IMG/VR virus record: IMGVR_UViG_3300020046_004224 | Origin: a virus | Taxonomy: Duplodnaviria; Caudoviricetes | Direction: 5' to 3' (one strand) | Length of the DNA: 64,000 nucleotides | Part shown: piece after piece, positions 1 through 11,313 of the stretch | Layout of the letters: every line of letters begins with the position of its first letter | How positions within the stretch are numbered: position 1 is the stretch's first letter | Translations under genes and position numbers: made by a program | The notes under the pieces: generated by a model | Told to the model about the DNA's origin: nothing | Database searches by the model: none | The model's input: only the letters and a program-made list of their open reading frames with translations

Positions 1-908
1 ATTGTTTCATTTTCGTGTATTGTTTTAGATGAGGGTATATCCACTATATGGGATAATGATGCCGATAATATATTATTTGAAACTATAAAGGCATCTCCTT
101 GCGTAACCGTATTTGGATCATACCACCTCTCCATCCAAATTTTACTAGAAGATGCTTCGTGTGTTTGGGATGACAACCATGCACATAACATCGTTCCGTT
201 ATTGAAATCAAATCTATCCGAGTAGTCATCGCACGACAGAGAATATTCTGATGTGTTGAATAAGATATTATCAGAATTTGCTGGACAGTTTCCACCAATT
301 GCACCAAATTCTACGAAGTTCATATTCGTTATGGTGGTAGACGATACACCATATGACCGTATTATATCGGTAGTTACGTCAGATTGTAATGTAATCGGTA
401 TATCTGATATTTTAAATTGTAGAAAATTATTATCGTTGATATAAATCTTTTGATAGTTCTTATGATTAACATCATTCCTATAGGATATTCCATCTACAGA
501 ATATCGATTTTTTAGAGGAATAATGTTTAACTCCACCCCACTAGTCACAACACCTAGCATGTTTATTATATTATTATTGTGATAAACCGAAGAAAATTCA
601 TTATTTATAGTAGAGTATTTAACACTTTCTTGTGATGCTGATAATCCATAATCTTTTGTATTCACAGATGTTAACGTTGAAAATATAGATGATATACTAC
701 AAGCATTAGTTAAAAAACAATAATAATTATCATCTATTGATAAATTTGTTGTCTTATCTGAAAAATTTAAAAATTTAATATCAGACCCATCTATCGAAGA
801 TGTAACACACGTATCTGTTACCAATCTATCTCGGTTTATAAATGATACTTGGTTCCATATAAAAGAACTTAGTGGATTTATGGTTGTATCTGTATTAACG
901 ACGAACAT
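1..908 (-). CDS. Partial ORF running off the window start; probable virion/tail-associated protein
   Basis: ATG at 908 preceded by TATAAATAG; frame read open by hand for the first ~80 codons (MFVVNTDTTINPLSSFIWNQ...); same strand as the structural block; missing from the ORF track, presumably because no stop lies in the window. Confidence 0.55.
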   Translation of the reverse strand, partial: MFVVNTDTTINPLSSFIWNQVSFINRDRLVTDTCVTSSIDGSDIKFLNFSDKTTNLSIDDNYYCFLTNACSISSIFSTLTSVNTKDYGLSASQESVKYSTINNEFSSVYHNNNIINMLGVVTSGVELNIIPLKNRYSVDGISYRNDVNHKNYQKIYINDNNFLQFKISDIPITLQSDVTTDIIRSYGVSSTTITNMNFVEFGAIGGNCPANSDNILFNTSEYSLSCDDYSDRFDFNNGTMLCAWLSSQTHEASSSKIWMERWYDPNTVTQGDAFIVSNNILSASLSHIVDIPSSKTIHENET

Positions 909-913
909 TACAT

Positions 914-1582
914 CTATTTATATAGAAAAGAGCCGCGATAATCACCGATCTTACAATAGCAATTATGATTGTCAATACCTTCAACGACTATATCGGTTGG
1001 CATCGATGATATCATACTGTAATTGGTTATGGTTATATTGTCTGTTTTTGTATCTAGAGATAATATGTTTATAAAATTAGCATCACCCGTCACACTATTA
1101 AAACATATATTTATTTCGTCATCATGTTTACTTGCCACCGGAAACTGTGCAGAATTAAATATAAAGTTGGTGAATCCAACCCAATCACTTAAATGGGCAT
1201 CTAGTGGAAATTTAAGTGATGCACGGTGATTATTTATATTGTAATTATACACCACCGGAATGGTATAATCAGAAAATGATGACAATCCGACTACATAAAC
1301 TTCTTTATTTGTGTGATTTATAAATGACTTTATATATACATTTCCTTCGGTACAATATGGAGAATTACTTCCAGTATCACCAAAGTTTATTAATATTCCA
1401 GGTTTTGGATTTGTTATAGAACCAATATCATAATCGGTTTTTACTTTTTCTATTAATAATATATTAGGATTTGTGTTATCGTCTTGTACCTTTAGGTTGA
1501 AAAATAGACTATCGAAAAATACCTCCAAACTTTGAATCCCTTCACCACTTGAAGTAAAAATTGAATTATATATATTGAACAT
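914..1582 (-). CDS. Hypothetical protein, probably virion-associated
   Basis: 222 aa ORF with TAAGTA late-type motif just upstream. Confidence 0.6.
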   Translation of the reverse strand: MFNIYNSIFTSSGEGIQSLEVFFDSLFFNLKVQDDNTNPNILLIEKVKTDYDIGSITNPKPGILINFGDTGSNSPYCTEGNVYIKSFINHTNKEVYVVGLSSFSDYTIPVVYNYNINNHRASLKFPLDAHLSDWVGFTNFIFNSAQFPVASKHDDEINICFNSVTGDANFINILSLDTKTDNITITNYSMISSMPTDIVVEGIDNHNCYCKIGDYRGSFLYK

Positions 1583-1598
1583 AGAGATACTTATGTAT

Positions 1599-2294
1599 TC
1601 ATCTTTCTATAGTAGGCGAGTAACCAAAATAATCGAAATCCTCTTTATATATACCTGCTACAAACTTTTCCAATGCTGGTGTGTAATATTCTTTATATAA
1701 ACTGTGATGACTTGTCATAGTCTGAACAGGCTCAACACCTAGCCATTTAAAACATTCATCTATTTTCTCAAATCTGAATATATTAATATCAAAATCAATA
1801 TCGTTTGTCTCGTTGGTTATAAATGATTTTTGTGTTTCTAAGTGAGAGTCGAATAACACCAATCTGGCAAATGTGGGAAGTTTAAACACACTATATACAA
1901 ATTCTTCAAAATTCATTTTTTTATAATCTTTTGGAAGTGTTACTGGATGATTCTGAATATATGCCCACTCACTTACCAATCGTTCAAACGGATTTCTAAC
2001 TACACAAAATATCTTATATTCATCAGTAAATGCATCAGGAATAATCTTAAACAGTTGGGTTATAGTTAGATGTTGTGGTGTCCTATACCACATAGATTCT
2101 AATGCGCCTTTGGTGTACATGAATTTTGATCGATCCACTGGAATATTGGTATACTTCATCGGTGATAATGAATATATATTATTCTCTGAATTCATTCCGA
2201 GCGATTGTTCTATAGAAGAACCACCCGTCTTCGGAATGTGAACAAATATAATTTTCTTATCATTACAGATAGGCATGTCTATATCTATTATCAA
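1599..2294 (-). CDS. Sulfotransferase family 2 protein
   Basis: PAPS-binding motifs IFVHIPKTGGSSIE and VVRNPFERLVSEW; C-terminal Y..DF..FGY. Confidence 0.85.
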   Translation of the reverse strand: MIIDIDMPICNDKKIIFVHIPKTGGSSIEQSLGMNSENNIYSLSPMKYTNIPVDRSKFMYTKGALESMWYRTPQHLTITQLFKIIPDAFTDEYKIFCVVRNPFERLVSEWAYIQNHPVTLPKDYKKMNFEEFVYSVFKLPTFARLVLFDSHLETQKSFITNETNDIDFDINIFRFEKIDECFKWLGVEPVQTMTSHHSLYKEYYTPALEKFVAGIYKEDFDYFGYSPTIER

Positions 2295-2313
2295 CCTATT
2301 AGATAATCAATTT

Positions 2314-3504
2314 TTATTGAACAAAATTTATCATGTAATTTTCTATAAACGGAATTTTAACGCTACTATCTAAAAAAGGTGCAGTAAAATGGATGAAGAT
2401 ATCATCATCATCATGTATCTTCGCCGGATTGACGACAGTTGCATTACCTATGACAAATCTATCACTAATCGACTGATCGATTATATCCGCAATAACCGCA
2501 TAGTTGTTCATAAATGATTGTTCTGCAAAATATTCCCCCGGCCACACAACCATCGTATCGTTCAAAATCTTGAAATGTTCTTGTATATATGTGCTATTTA
2601 AGAATGCGAACTGCCCAGCATTAAATGGCCTATAACCCTTCAAATCAGCTTTATCTTTAATATCCTGTGCTCTATACTTTAAACCATGATAAAGTGTTAA
2701 AAAACTACCAGTATTAACTGTTGGATTATATACTGTATATATTTTATTGGTATCTAATACCCCATCAAAAATAGGGGCAACATCATTGATACATATGATA
2801 TCACAGTCTAAGAATAAAATCTTACGATATTCATTTATAATGTCCCATTCGAATATCCTTGTTTTAGCCATAGATGCAGCAATACCATCTTCGGGGGTAT
2901 CAATTATATGATATGAAATATTAAATTCCACAGGTAGGACTAGTTCTTTAATATATCCCTCAGTAACTAAATCTGTTATAACCAATACATCAAAATTTAT
3001 TACACTGTTGTTTTTTATAGTCTCTAGTGAAGTTTTAAATAAATCTGCATACCCCCCGCCGAACACACTATAGTATATTAAGTTTTTCGATCCTAAATTA
3101 ATTTCCGAAGTGTTATATATATTTGAGATATCACTCATCATCTTATGTATAATGATAGCTTTATCCACATCATTATTTAAGTAGTACGGTGATTTTGTAT
3201 TTATTTTAGTATTAGGTATCTCTTTCTTTCTTTTAGGAACTGTAAACAGTGCATCTTCTTTATTTGGAAAATCGAATTCCTGTTTTATTCCATTTTTAAA
3301 CAACACTTCATATTTTATAGAATCATAAGAATTATATAGATTATCAGAAATCTCTAACCCGAAAACATTATTTTGTTTACATGATTTCAGATGATCTATA
3401 TTTAATGAAATAGTCTTTGTCTTATTCGCGGTGTACAATACAAGATCGACAGTATTTATAAGAACACTGTCATCCAAAAGAGTTTTTAATATTGAGATTT
3501 TCAT
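2314..3504 (-). CDS. Glycosyltransferase (GT-A fold, GT8-like)
   Basis: KILFLDCDII DxD motif, FNAGQF, EQSFMN and FIHFT motifs typical of GT8-like enzymes. Confidence 0.75.
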   Translation of the reverse strand: MKISILKTLLDDSVLINTVDLVLYTANKTKTISLNIDHLKSCKQNNVFGLEISDNLYNSYDSIKYEVLFKNGIKQEFDFPNKEDALFTVPKRKKEIPNTKINTKSPYYLNNDVDKAIIIHKMMSDISNIYNTSEINLGSKNLIYYSVFGGGYADLFKTSLETIKNNSVINFDVLVITDLVTEGYIKELVLPVEFNISYHIIDTPEDGIAASMAKTRIFEWDIINEYRKILFLDCDIICINDVAPIFDGVLDTNKIYTVYNPTVNTGSFLTLYHGLKYRAQDIKDKADLKGYRPFNAGQFAFLNSTYIQEHFKILNDTMVVWPGEYFAEQSFMNNYAVIADIIDQSISDRFVIGNATVVNPAKIHDDDDIFIHFTAPFLDSSVKIPFIENYMINFVQ

Positions 3505-3507
3505 AAA

Positions 3508-4422
3508 TTAAGTTCCACAATCCGAGCTATATGTGGTGCCACCGCCCTGAGAATAACTGTAATTAGCACCACCAAATACAAATCCACCACCAGCCTTTTC
3601 AGTACTTTGGTCAGCATCTAGATATAAATGTGTTCCATCGACACTAGGAGGTGCAGAAGCAAAAACAACCATTGGATCATCTAATGCACAATTTGCATAT
3701 ATAGTATATTGTCCTAAACATGTGAATACAGATGTTACAAGTCCAGTAACTCCGGTTGTGTACCTTACCCCTCCATATGAAAATGTTGTAGAATTTAAAG
3801 TGGTAGTTAAGAATGTATCAGTATAGAGATATATTCCAACTTGTAGTGCAGTGTCTTTAGATACAAAAATTGATAGGGGTGTTCCATCTGAACAAGAAAT
3901 AGTACCTGTATACTCATCTCGACATTTTCCAACGTGTGTAGTAAATGAACTGGTTGCTACATAATCATATTGTTCATCGAGATATACAAAAGAGAATGAA
4001 GTGTGTTCAGTTGTTCGATCAGAATTTATGTATATTGCTGTTCCATTAGGAAATGGATTGGTGTAACTATAAGGGTAAACCTCTTCCGTGCCACCGTTAT
4101 TACAATCCGAATAAACTGTAATAGAATCAGCACATGTAATGGTTCCAGATTGTATTTCGCCATTAATATCAGTCGTAAACTGATATCCATAATTAAATGT
4201 CGAAGATACCAGAAGTGAAGTTAGACCTGCATCTGTGTATAATGGAGTTCCTTCGGCCAAAACTGCACCAATTGTCGTATAAACTGTTCTCGGGGTGAGA
4301 TCATTACAAGAAACTGTACCAATAAGTTCAGTACTATTGTATACAATAGTTGAAGTATCACTTATGGATAATATCAATGGAACGACTGGTAGAGACATGT
4401 TATGTAATATTCGAACCACCAA
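3508..4422 (-). CDS. Thr/Cys-rich tandem-repeat protein, likely tail fibre/decoration
   Basis: Four ~70 aa repeats (C...VY...GT.LY.D...T...F.YGG..Y...C); real start may be MSLP near 4398. Confidence 0.6.
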   Translation of the reverse strand: MVVRILHNMSLPVVPLILSISDTSTIVYNSTELIGTVSCNDLTPRTVYTTIGAVLAEGTPLYTDAGLTSLLVSSTFNYGYQFTTDINGEIQSGTITCADSITVYSDCNNGGTEEVYPYSYTNPFPNGTAIYINSDRTTEHTSFSFVYLDEQYDYVATSSFTTHVGKCRDEYTGTISCSDGTPLSIFVSKDTALQVGIYLYTDTFLTTTLNSTTFSYGGVRYTTGVTGLVTSVFTCLGQYTIYANCALDDPMVVFASAPPSVDGTHLYLDADQSTEKAGGGFVFGGANYSYSQGGGTTYSSDCGT

Positions 4423-5116
4423 TAACCCATCTAGTACTTGTGACTTTCATTGCTGTGGCTATTCCTGTTGTAGATAATAATCTACTTCCTGTACTTATCC
4501 CCCCCGCAAGTACCATAGTATCATCATTTATAGAAATAGTAACTACATTCATATCATTAACTATTGTCAAAGTTGTCCCTATTGTATAAGGCACGGAAGC
4601 ATTAGATGCAATGGTGAATGTTCGTGGATTATTATCTGACACTGGATGATAAAAATGCTTTCCAGCATCCGATAATACAGAAACCATATCTGCGGACAAC
4701 ACTATTTGTGTAAGAGGAATATTTATTATGGTTCCTGCTGAGATGGATACAGGACCAGTTATATCTCCACCCGATAGAGGAAGCTTAGTTCCGTCTGGTG
4801 CCACCCATGCACTTGCTGAATTTGTATTAACAGTTGTATATGTAGACTGCCAATTACTAGATAACGTCTTCACGTCCACGCCTTGATAATTCCAAGTGAT
4901 TGATGAATTCGACTGTACTGTTGAATAAAGGGATGTTAGAGTATTTGATGATGTTGACCAAAATTCTGCTTGTATAGAGGATATAGGCGATATCACAACA
5001 CTCCCTACCGCATCTTGAACGGTATTAGAGGTATCTAATACTAGAACATACGAAAAATCGACATTATCAACAGTAGTGTCAAATGATGATAATGCAGAAA
5101 CTTTAATGGTGGACAT
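4400..5116 (-). CDS. Tail fibre-like structural protein
   Basis: Ser/Thr-rich; KLPLSGGDITG and C-terminal W.I.G motifs common in phage fibre proteins; TAAATA upstream. Confidence 0.55.
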   Translation of the reverse strand: MSTIKVSALSSFDTTVDNVDFSYVLVLDTSNTVQDAVGSVVISPISSIQAEFWSTSSNTLTSLYSTVQSNSSITWNYQGVDVKTLSSNWQSTYTTVNTNSASAWVAPDGTKLPLSGGDITGPVSISAGTIINIPLTQIVLSADMVSVLSDAGKHFYHPVSDNNPRTFTIASNASVPYTIGTTLTIVNDMNVVTISINDDTMVLAGGISTGSRLLSTTGIATAMKVTSTRWVIGGSNIT

Positions 5117-5128
5117 ATTATTTACTTA

Positions 5129-8100
5129 TCACAAGAGTAAAAGCAGTCCATTTTCTATAGAAATATAATTTCCTATCTCATCGGTTATGTATATGTCATC
5201 AGAAGTATTCGACGTTCCAAAATACAGGTTGATATATTTAGAAAATACACTACTCAACCCGTTCTGGAATGATAATAAACGGTTATCAGATAATTTTATA
5301 AAACCTCCTCCGAATGTAGTTGGTAATGATTTATAATCTATGGTTTCTGGTAATGTTATAAAATATTGATTTCCGAAAATATCAGTATCCCAACTCCACA
5401 CATCATCCGACCACGCATTTGTGTACTGTACACTTGACAATGCACCACTATCATACAAACCATAAACAAACGATTTACCTCTCTCATTTGTTGTAGTATA
5501 AGGGTAGAAAGTTTGAATAGGAGTCTGTATATGCCCATCATCATACCCTAGCGATTTATTTACTACATACGAAGAATCTATATCATTTTTATAAAATGGT
5601 TTGTTGAAAAAATTATCCGATTTGAAAAATTGTATATCATTGTTATTAGAAGATATCAAATGAGAAGAATTATGTGTTTCATATCTACCCATTCCTATTT
5701 TTTTAGGATTATAGAATGCTACCTCTTTATTGGTTAATAAGGCATCAGAAGATTCCTCCCATACAAAGTTGGTAGTAAACTGGTTTAGAATATTTTTCCA
5801 AGGTTCTGATGCAGTATTAGCCAATCCCGTTACTACAGGAACATATAAGGATTCTTCTCCATCAGTTATGTTATGTACATTAAACGTTTGATTGAACTCT
5901 GACCGAGCAAAATAATTAACAAACACAGGCATTCCACTAACTTCTGTATTAAATGATATAGTGGATTTTTCGTATGTAGGTGTTGTTCCTATTTTGGTTG
6001 TATTACAGAAATACTCACATCCACATATTCTAGATGAGTCACAATCCGATAGACATCTCGCAACCGGACGATTACAATTTACACTTTCACTATTAAGATA
6101 ATTTAATATGTCACTTTCAACACAGTTGTTTATGTCTATTTTATTCCATTGGAAAATGGGATTATATACTTGGAAAGTTAACGGTTCGTCCCACACGAAA
6201 CAGGTAGAACCACAATCACCAAACTTATATTCTAATATATTTTTATCACTAATAGTTATGTTGATAGGTGCTGGTTGAGTAACATGCAAGTATTCAAATA
6301 CTATTCGAGACGAATCTGGATATTTAGTAGCCCAATAATTAGATGCACCATTCAGTGGTATCTTCAATAAGAAGTTTATAGATGGTACGGTTCTCTCTAT
6401 GTTTACGAATGATATCGCAGAATCGGATGGACTTAGTGTTATAAAATCGCCACTAAGCTGTTTTGAATCCAAACCATTATATAATAATTTTTTTCTTATC
6501 TCTGTATAATTTTCTTTGTGGTTATATGTTAATATGTCTCCAAAATTTAGCACCATATCCGATACAATACCACTGTCCACCCATACACCGTCCGCATCCT
6601 GAGTAGCCTTGGTCCATTGTGGAATAAATGACATCTTTTCACAATCTATATCTTTCATAGTTCCTTCATCATATTTTTGATTTATTATGAACGGAGGAGC
6701 ATCAAATGCACAGTTGTTTATTTTTGATCTATAATAGATGTATGTGGTTCCCTTTTCTAAAATAAAAGATGTTCCTAACTGCGTCTCCCATGTACCCGCA
6801 CCCCAACCGATATCAGTTTCGATTATTTCTGGTATAAATCTTGCCGAATCTACACTGTTTGTATAATTATTCCCATCACTACCTACCCATGTTTTTTTAT
6901 TAAATAGGTTAGGGTATACAGTATCTTTGACGATAAAATCGGGAGTTATGGAAAAATGCTCCAATGAACTCTGTGTATGTCCCATCGGAGAATAATGAAT
7001 AGCTTGACATGAACATTTTTTCCATTTTTCAAAGAGGGGTTTGTTTAAATCATCCAATCTATTCTTATCAACTAGAGAAACACTATGATCTAGTTGTTTA
7101 TATGGACAGGAGTCGTCGTGTGAAAATCCTCTAAATCCGTTAACTGTGTTTATATCTACCGTATTACCAGTCCATACAAATCTGAAAAAATCTCCAGACT
7201 CACATTTAAACGAAAGTCCTGCCTGTGCTCCACCACTAACAAATATCCAATCGGTTGAAAAATGTTGAACAATATCATCACATGAACATTGTGTTTTGTC
7301 AGATGCACCAAAATATTTTAGAGGTACAGCCTTTAGCCATGCGGCTTCTATTTCTGGCCCACATATACTTTGTTTTTTTATCAACATATCAGACGTGTCT
7401 AATGTTTCGGATGCAACCGCTCCAACAAAACATTCTCCAACATCTAAGGATGATAAATTTATAGAATCACCCGTGTCGTAATTGAAGAATAATTCTTCGG
7501 GGTCGTCATATCTCGTAATAGGAAAGAGTATATTATTAACTCCTGATTTAATAGGGAGTTGTGATTGTTGAAACTTATACAACCATGCTATCTGATAGTT
7601 GTCGTTGTAAATTGATCGCGAGGCACCATTATCATATGTGATTATTATTTTATCTGCATTTTTGTACATATTACTTGCATTGCCATATGAACCTATATTT
7701 GTATTTTGTAAATTTATAGACTGAACAGTAGATATTAATGAAAAATCTGTCCAATATTTATCTACCACATCTTTTTGGTTATTAGTAAAGTCCTCCTCTG
7801 TTGGGAAGAATATCCTTGTTTTTTCGGCGGTATCATCAATATTTGGGCCGTTCCATTCTCCACCAAATGCCGAAAGTCCATAATTACAGTACGGAAATTT
7901 GAATATCTTTCCATCCTTCATTATAGCTGACATTGTTGCATTGACCGTAATATAGTCAGTCTTTTGCAACCATGCACCATAAACATCGGAACTTCCGATA
8001 TTAACAAATATAATATCAGATTCATACATATTCTCACCACCAGTTGCAAAAGACCAGTCGATATCATTTATATCAACATCTTTATACATACCATCCGGTA

Positions 8101-8983
8101 TATCGTACACATTTTTACCACGAAACCAATAAAAATAATTGTCACCTGTTGTAAAAGTATGAGTATACTCCTGCCAATTTTCCATATAGAAACCACCCGA
8201 TATGTAATTTATATCAGTTCCTAAATATTTCCCATATGCTTTTCTAATAAGTTCATCGACTGTTTCATTGGTCGGGTTGCATATATAGTTTTGTTCTAAC
8301 GGGTCTGCCAATGCAGATGTAGGAGGTAAAACCACACTATCACAGATATTGTTGAATATACAAGTAAGCGGGTCTATTCCATCAGACTTATCAAAGTAAT
8401 CTGTTGTGTCATATAACTCTTCGATCTCTATTTCAAAATCAGTTCTTATTGCAGAAAATTCTGGAGATTGTGATATTAATGGATTTTCGTTATTAAAACT
8501 ACTGATACCATTTTTAGTGAACACTGATACCAATTTATTATATATCAATCGCTCCAATCCTTCTGACGAACCTATTAAATTATATTCTAATTTTTTATAT
8601 TTAAGTTCATTTCTCTTTTTGGCATATAGAAGTGCTATCTCCTTCAATTTTTTTGCATATGCAGGAATTACTAATTTGAGGTCTGTTTCCGAAGTTAAAT
8701 CGGAATTTTTATATCTCTCAAATGCCTCATCATTTTCAAAAATGACAGATAGTTTTTTTAGTAATAATACATAATCATCTTTTATCTTGGTAGATGCAGT
8801 CTGAGTTTTTGTATCAAGATCAGTATAAAAATTATTTAAATAATTTTTATACTGATCCTGTGCATCATTAAATGCAATGCCGATGTGTCTTCTCTGCCAT
8901 TCTGCGAAAGACAACGGAACAGGATTATATCCGTTTGAAATCTTTTCTGGTTTTGAGATCGTATTTAAAGATATAGAAGGCAT
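5129..8983 (-). CDS. Large baseplate/tail-associated structural protein
   Basis: 1284 aa, directly downstream of the gp6-like gene, late motif upstream; function inferred from synteny. Confidence 0.6.
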   Translation of the reverse strand: MPSISLNTISKPEKISNGYNPVPLSFAEWQRRHIGIAFNDAQDQYKNYLNNFYTDLDTKTQTASTKIKDDYVLLLKKLSVIFENDEAFERYKNSDLTSETDLKLVIPAYAKKLKEIALLYAKKRNELKYKKLEYNLIGSSEGLERLIYNKLVSVFTKNGISSFNNENPLISQSPEFSAIRTDFEIEIEELYDTTDYFDKSDGIDPLTCIFNNICDSVVLPPTSALADPLEQNYICNPTNETVDELIRKAYGKYLGTDINYISGGFYMENWQEYTHTFTTGDNYFYWFRGKNVYDIPDGMYKDVDINDIDWSFATGGENMYESDIIFVNIGSSDVYGAWLQKTDYITVNATMSAIMKDGKIFKFPYCNYGLSAFGGEWNGPNIDDTAEKTRIFFPTEEDFTNNQKDVVDKYWTDFSLISTVQSINLQNTNIGSYGNASNMYKNADKIIITYDNGASRSIYNDNYQIAWLYKFQQSQLPIKSGVNNILFPITRYDDPEELFFNYDTGDSINLSSLDVGECFVGAVASETLDTSDMLIKKQSICGPEIEAAWLKAVPLKYFGASDKTQCSCDDIVQHFSTDWIFVSGGAQAGLSFKCESGDFFRFVWTGNTVDINTVNGFRGFSHDDSCPYKQLDHSVSLVDKNRLDDLNKPLFEKWKKCSCQAIHYSPMGHTQSSLEHFSITPDFIVKDTVYPNLFNKKTWVGSDGNNYTNSVDSARFIPEIIETDIGWGAGTWETQLGTSFILEKGTTYIYYRSKINNCAFDAPPFIINQKYDEGTMKDIDCEKMSFIPQWTKATQDADGVWVDSGIVSDMVLNFGDILTYNHKENYTEIRKKLLYNGLDSKQLSGDFITLSPSDSAISFVNIERTVPSINFLLKIPLNGASNYWATKYPDSSRIVFEYLHVTQPAPINITISDKNILEYKFGDCGSTCFVWDEPLTFQVYNPIFQWNKIDINNCVESDILNYLNSESVNCNRPVARCLSDCDSSRICGCEYFCNTTKIGTTPTYEKSTISFNTEVSGMPVFVNYFARSEFNQTFNVHNITDGEESLYVPVVTGLANTASEPWKNILNQFTTNFVWEESSDALLTNKEVAFYNPKKIGMGRYETHNSSHLISSNNNDIQFFKSDNFFNKPFYKNDIDSSYVVNKSLGYDDGHIQTPIQTFYPYTTTNERGKSFVYGLYDSGALSSVQYTNAWSDDVWSWDTDIFGNQYFITLPETIDYKSLPTTFGGGFIKLSDNRLLSFQNGLSSVFSKYINLYFGTSNTSDDIYITDEIGNYISIENGLLLLL

Positions 8984-8992
8984 TCAAACTAT

Positions 8993-10747
8993 TTACTGGA
9001 TAGTGATTCTATCAGTAAAAATTTTATTGTTGAGATGAGGGAATTGAAAATCTTGTAGCAAACGAACTGAACCGATTTCTTCAACACTCTGATCAAAATA
9101 TACAGAGTTCCATGCCACCATCTTCAAGCCTTCCACCGAAATACCAGTTGTGGTATTTTTAGTGTATAGTTTTTCAACACCATCTAGTTGTAAAATATCT
9201 GTATATAATTTTTGAATATTAATAGATTGACCTAGTGTATTATTTTCTTTCTTGAAAAACTCTACGATGAGGGATTCTATACTCTTTTTTATAGAAGATT
9301 CGTTTATCCTCGAACCAGATGACCGTTCTACAACCAATTCACTATTATCTATATCATATGGATTTATCGTAGAAGACTCTGGTAAACATATGTCGAATAA
9401 TATATAAACAGGATCGACAGGAATAACATCACATGTTAACACCTTCTCTTCATCCATACTTTTTACTATTGCTGTTTTTTGTGATGGTGATAGATAACCT
9501 AATGAATCGCCTATTATTTTCGGAACTATGAATATGTATACATTGTTAAAATTACATGCATCTGAAAATCTCAATTGATTGAATAATGCGCGACTTTCAA
9601 ATTGTGGTTGGGTTAGTCCAAGATCATAGAAATATTTGAAATAAGAATCTTGATATTCGGAATTATTTTTAACCTTAACATCATGTATTATATTTGAGAA
9701 ATTAGACTTCACAAAAGTCTCGAAAGATTTTGCAGTGGTCAGACTTAACTGCGATCTAAATGATCCAATAGCACTGGATTTTATAGAATTTACAGACTCT
9801 GGCTCTGTGTAATATGTACTTGAAAATTTATTATTTATGGCTATTTTAGTTAAAGAAGAACTGGAAAGATATACTTCGGACGACACATCTGCTAATATCT
9901 CGTTCAATCTATCGGTGTTAAAAACATTCACCTTTTTATTAATGAGTGTTGATGCACCTATTTCCCCTGATTTACCTAATGATCGAAGATAGTATATTGC
10001 AACCTCATCAGAACTTGATAATTTTTTTCCATTAATATCATCTCCAAATTTTATTTCATATCTCTTATTTTCGTTAAACCTTATTTCATATACCTTATCT
10101 AGATAACTGTTGAGAAACAACGACTGAGAACGCTTCCATTTTTCCCATACATTATTCGACTTAACATATACATCAATATTAAAAGAGTCTAATATATCAG
10201 AATCTTCTACGGTTAAAATTATAGTTTCATTAGTATTCCCCGCAGGAAATACTATAGGGAATTCTGTATAATCTCCTTGATAGAGAGTTGATAAATCTTC
10301 TATCCCTGTTATTTCTTCGGAACCACTAGTTGATTTCGTAAATGGTATATCTTCGGAAAAACTATACGTTATCCCTGCAACATTCACAGATGAATATCTG
10401 GGAATGGTATACACTCCGACATCCATATCTCCGTTAGCGGTCAGGGTAAAATTGACACTGGCAGTCTGATGTCCAACCGGATTATATCCTAATTCTTTTA
10501 CTATCTTGTTGATGTTTTCATAAATTGTCGTTTGTGAAAATTGTCCATTGACAGAGTTTTGATTTAGATAATATAAAAGCAACGAAAAACTCATCGAAAT
10601 AGCATCGTTTATACCAGCAAGATTAGAACCTTCAAAGTTCTGATCCGTGAATATCCCTGTTTGGTTTAAGCGTTCGCGTATTTTCTCCTTAATGGTAAGA
10701 CCATCAAAGGCTACATAGGAATTTTTTGCTACAGGAAAATCGTTCAT
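8993..10747 (-). CDS. Baseplate wedge subunit, T4 gp6-like
   Basis: N-terminus FD..TIKE.I...L....FTDQNFEGSNL, LGYNP, YEIKFGDDINGKK, G..GEIG and ES..SIK motifs characteristic of gp6. Confidence 0.85.
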   Translation of the reverse strand: MNDFPVAKNSYVAFDGLTIKEKIRERLNQTGIFTDQNFEGSNLAGINDAISMSFSLLLYYLNQNSVNGQFSQTTIYENINKIVKELGYNPVGHQTASVNFTLTANGDMDVGVYTIPRYSSVNVAGITYSFSEDIPFTKSTSGSEEITGIEDLSTLYQGDYTEFPIVFPAGNTNETIILTVEDSDILDSFNIDVYVKSNNVWEKWKRSQSLFLNSYLDKVYEIRFNENKRYEIKFGDDINGKKLSSSDEVAIYYLRSLGKSGEIGASTLINKKVNVFNTDRLNEILADVSSEVYLSSSSLTKIAINNKFSSTYYTEPESVNSIKSSAIGSFRSQLSLTTAKSFETFVKSNFSNIIHDVKVKNNSEYQDSYFKYFYDLGLTQPQFESRALFNQLRFSDACNFNNVYIFIVPKIIGDSLGYLSPSQKTAIVKSMDEEKVLTCDVIPVDPVYILFDICLPESSTINPYDIDNSELVVERSSGSRINESSIKKSIESLIVEFFKKENNTLGQSINIQKLYTDILQLDGVEKLYTKNTTTGISVEGLKMVAWNSVYFDQSVEEIGSVRLLQDFQFPHLNNKIFTDRITIQ

Positions 10748-10758
10748 CTAACTATTTA

Positions 10759-11277
10759 CTAGTTATTTCCGCCGTTGTTTACTGTGCCTTTAGGTTGCTT
10801 ACCTTTATTATATTCGTTTTCAAGCGTTGCACCTTTTTCGTGTTTAATTTTAGCAACAAACTGATCATCAATCGGATGTTGCATAATGTCTCCAGCTTCG
10901 GTTACGGTTTTCAGAATAGAACAAGGAACCGTAATTATTCCAGTGTATAGACCCGGAACCTTGTGATTAACTAGATCGGCTTCTTCTGGGTGACTAGATG
11001 GTGCCTCAGAAAGAAATCCCGAAGTTGATCTGAGAGTTTTAAGTGCAGACACAAACATTACATGTTTATCTGCTGCCATTTTATCTAATTGGGCCAAATA
11101 TGTAGCACCTTTCTTAACTGTTAGTTCTCGACGAATATCTTGGTTTTTAAGCAACTCAGGATCAAGAACTACGAAACTTCCTGGATGTATTTTAGAAGAA
11201 TCATAGTTTTCCAAAACTGTTTGGAAAAGTGATTCTGGATTATATTTTTCAAGAAGTTCTTTAATTTTGTCGTTCAT
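10759..11277 (-). CDS. Hypothetical protein
   Basis: 172 aa ORF with TATAAATA upstream. Confidence 0.6.
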   Translation of the reverse strand: MNDKIKELLEKYNPESLFQTVLENYDSSKIHPGSFVVLDPELLKNQDIRRELTVKKGATYLAQLDKMAADKHVMFVSALKTLRSTSGFLSEAPSSHPEEADLVNHKVPGLYTGIITVPCSILKTVTEAGDIMQHPIDDQFVAKIKHEKGATLENEYNKGKQPKGTVNNGGNN

Positions 11278-11313
11278 AATATGTATTTATATATTTACCC
11301 CATAAATAATTAC

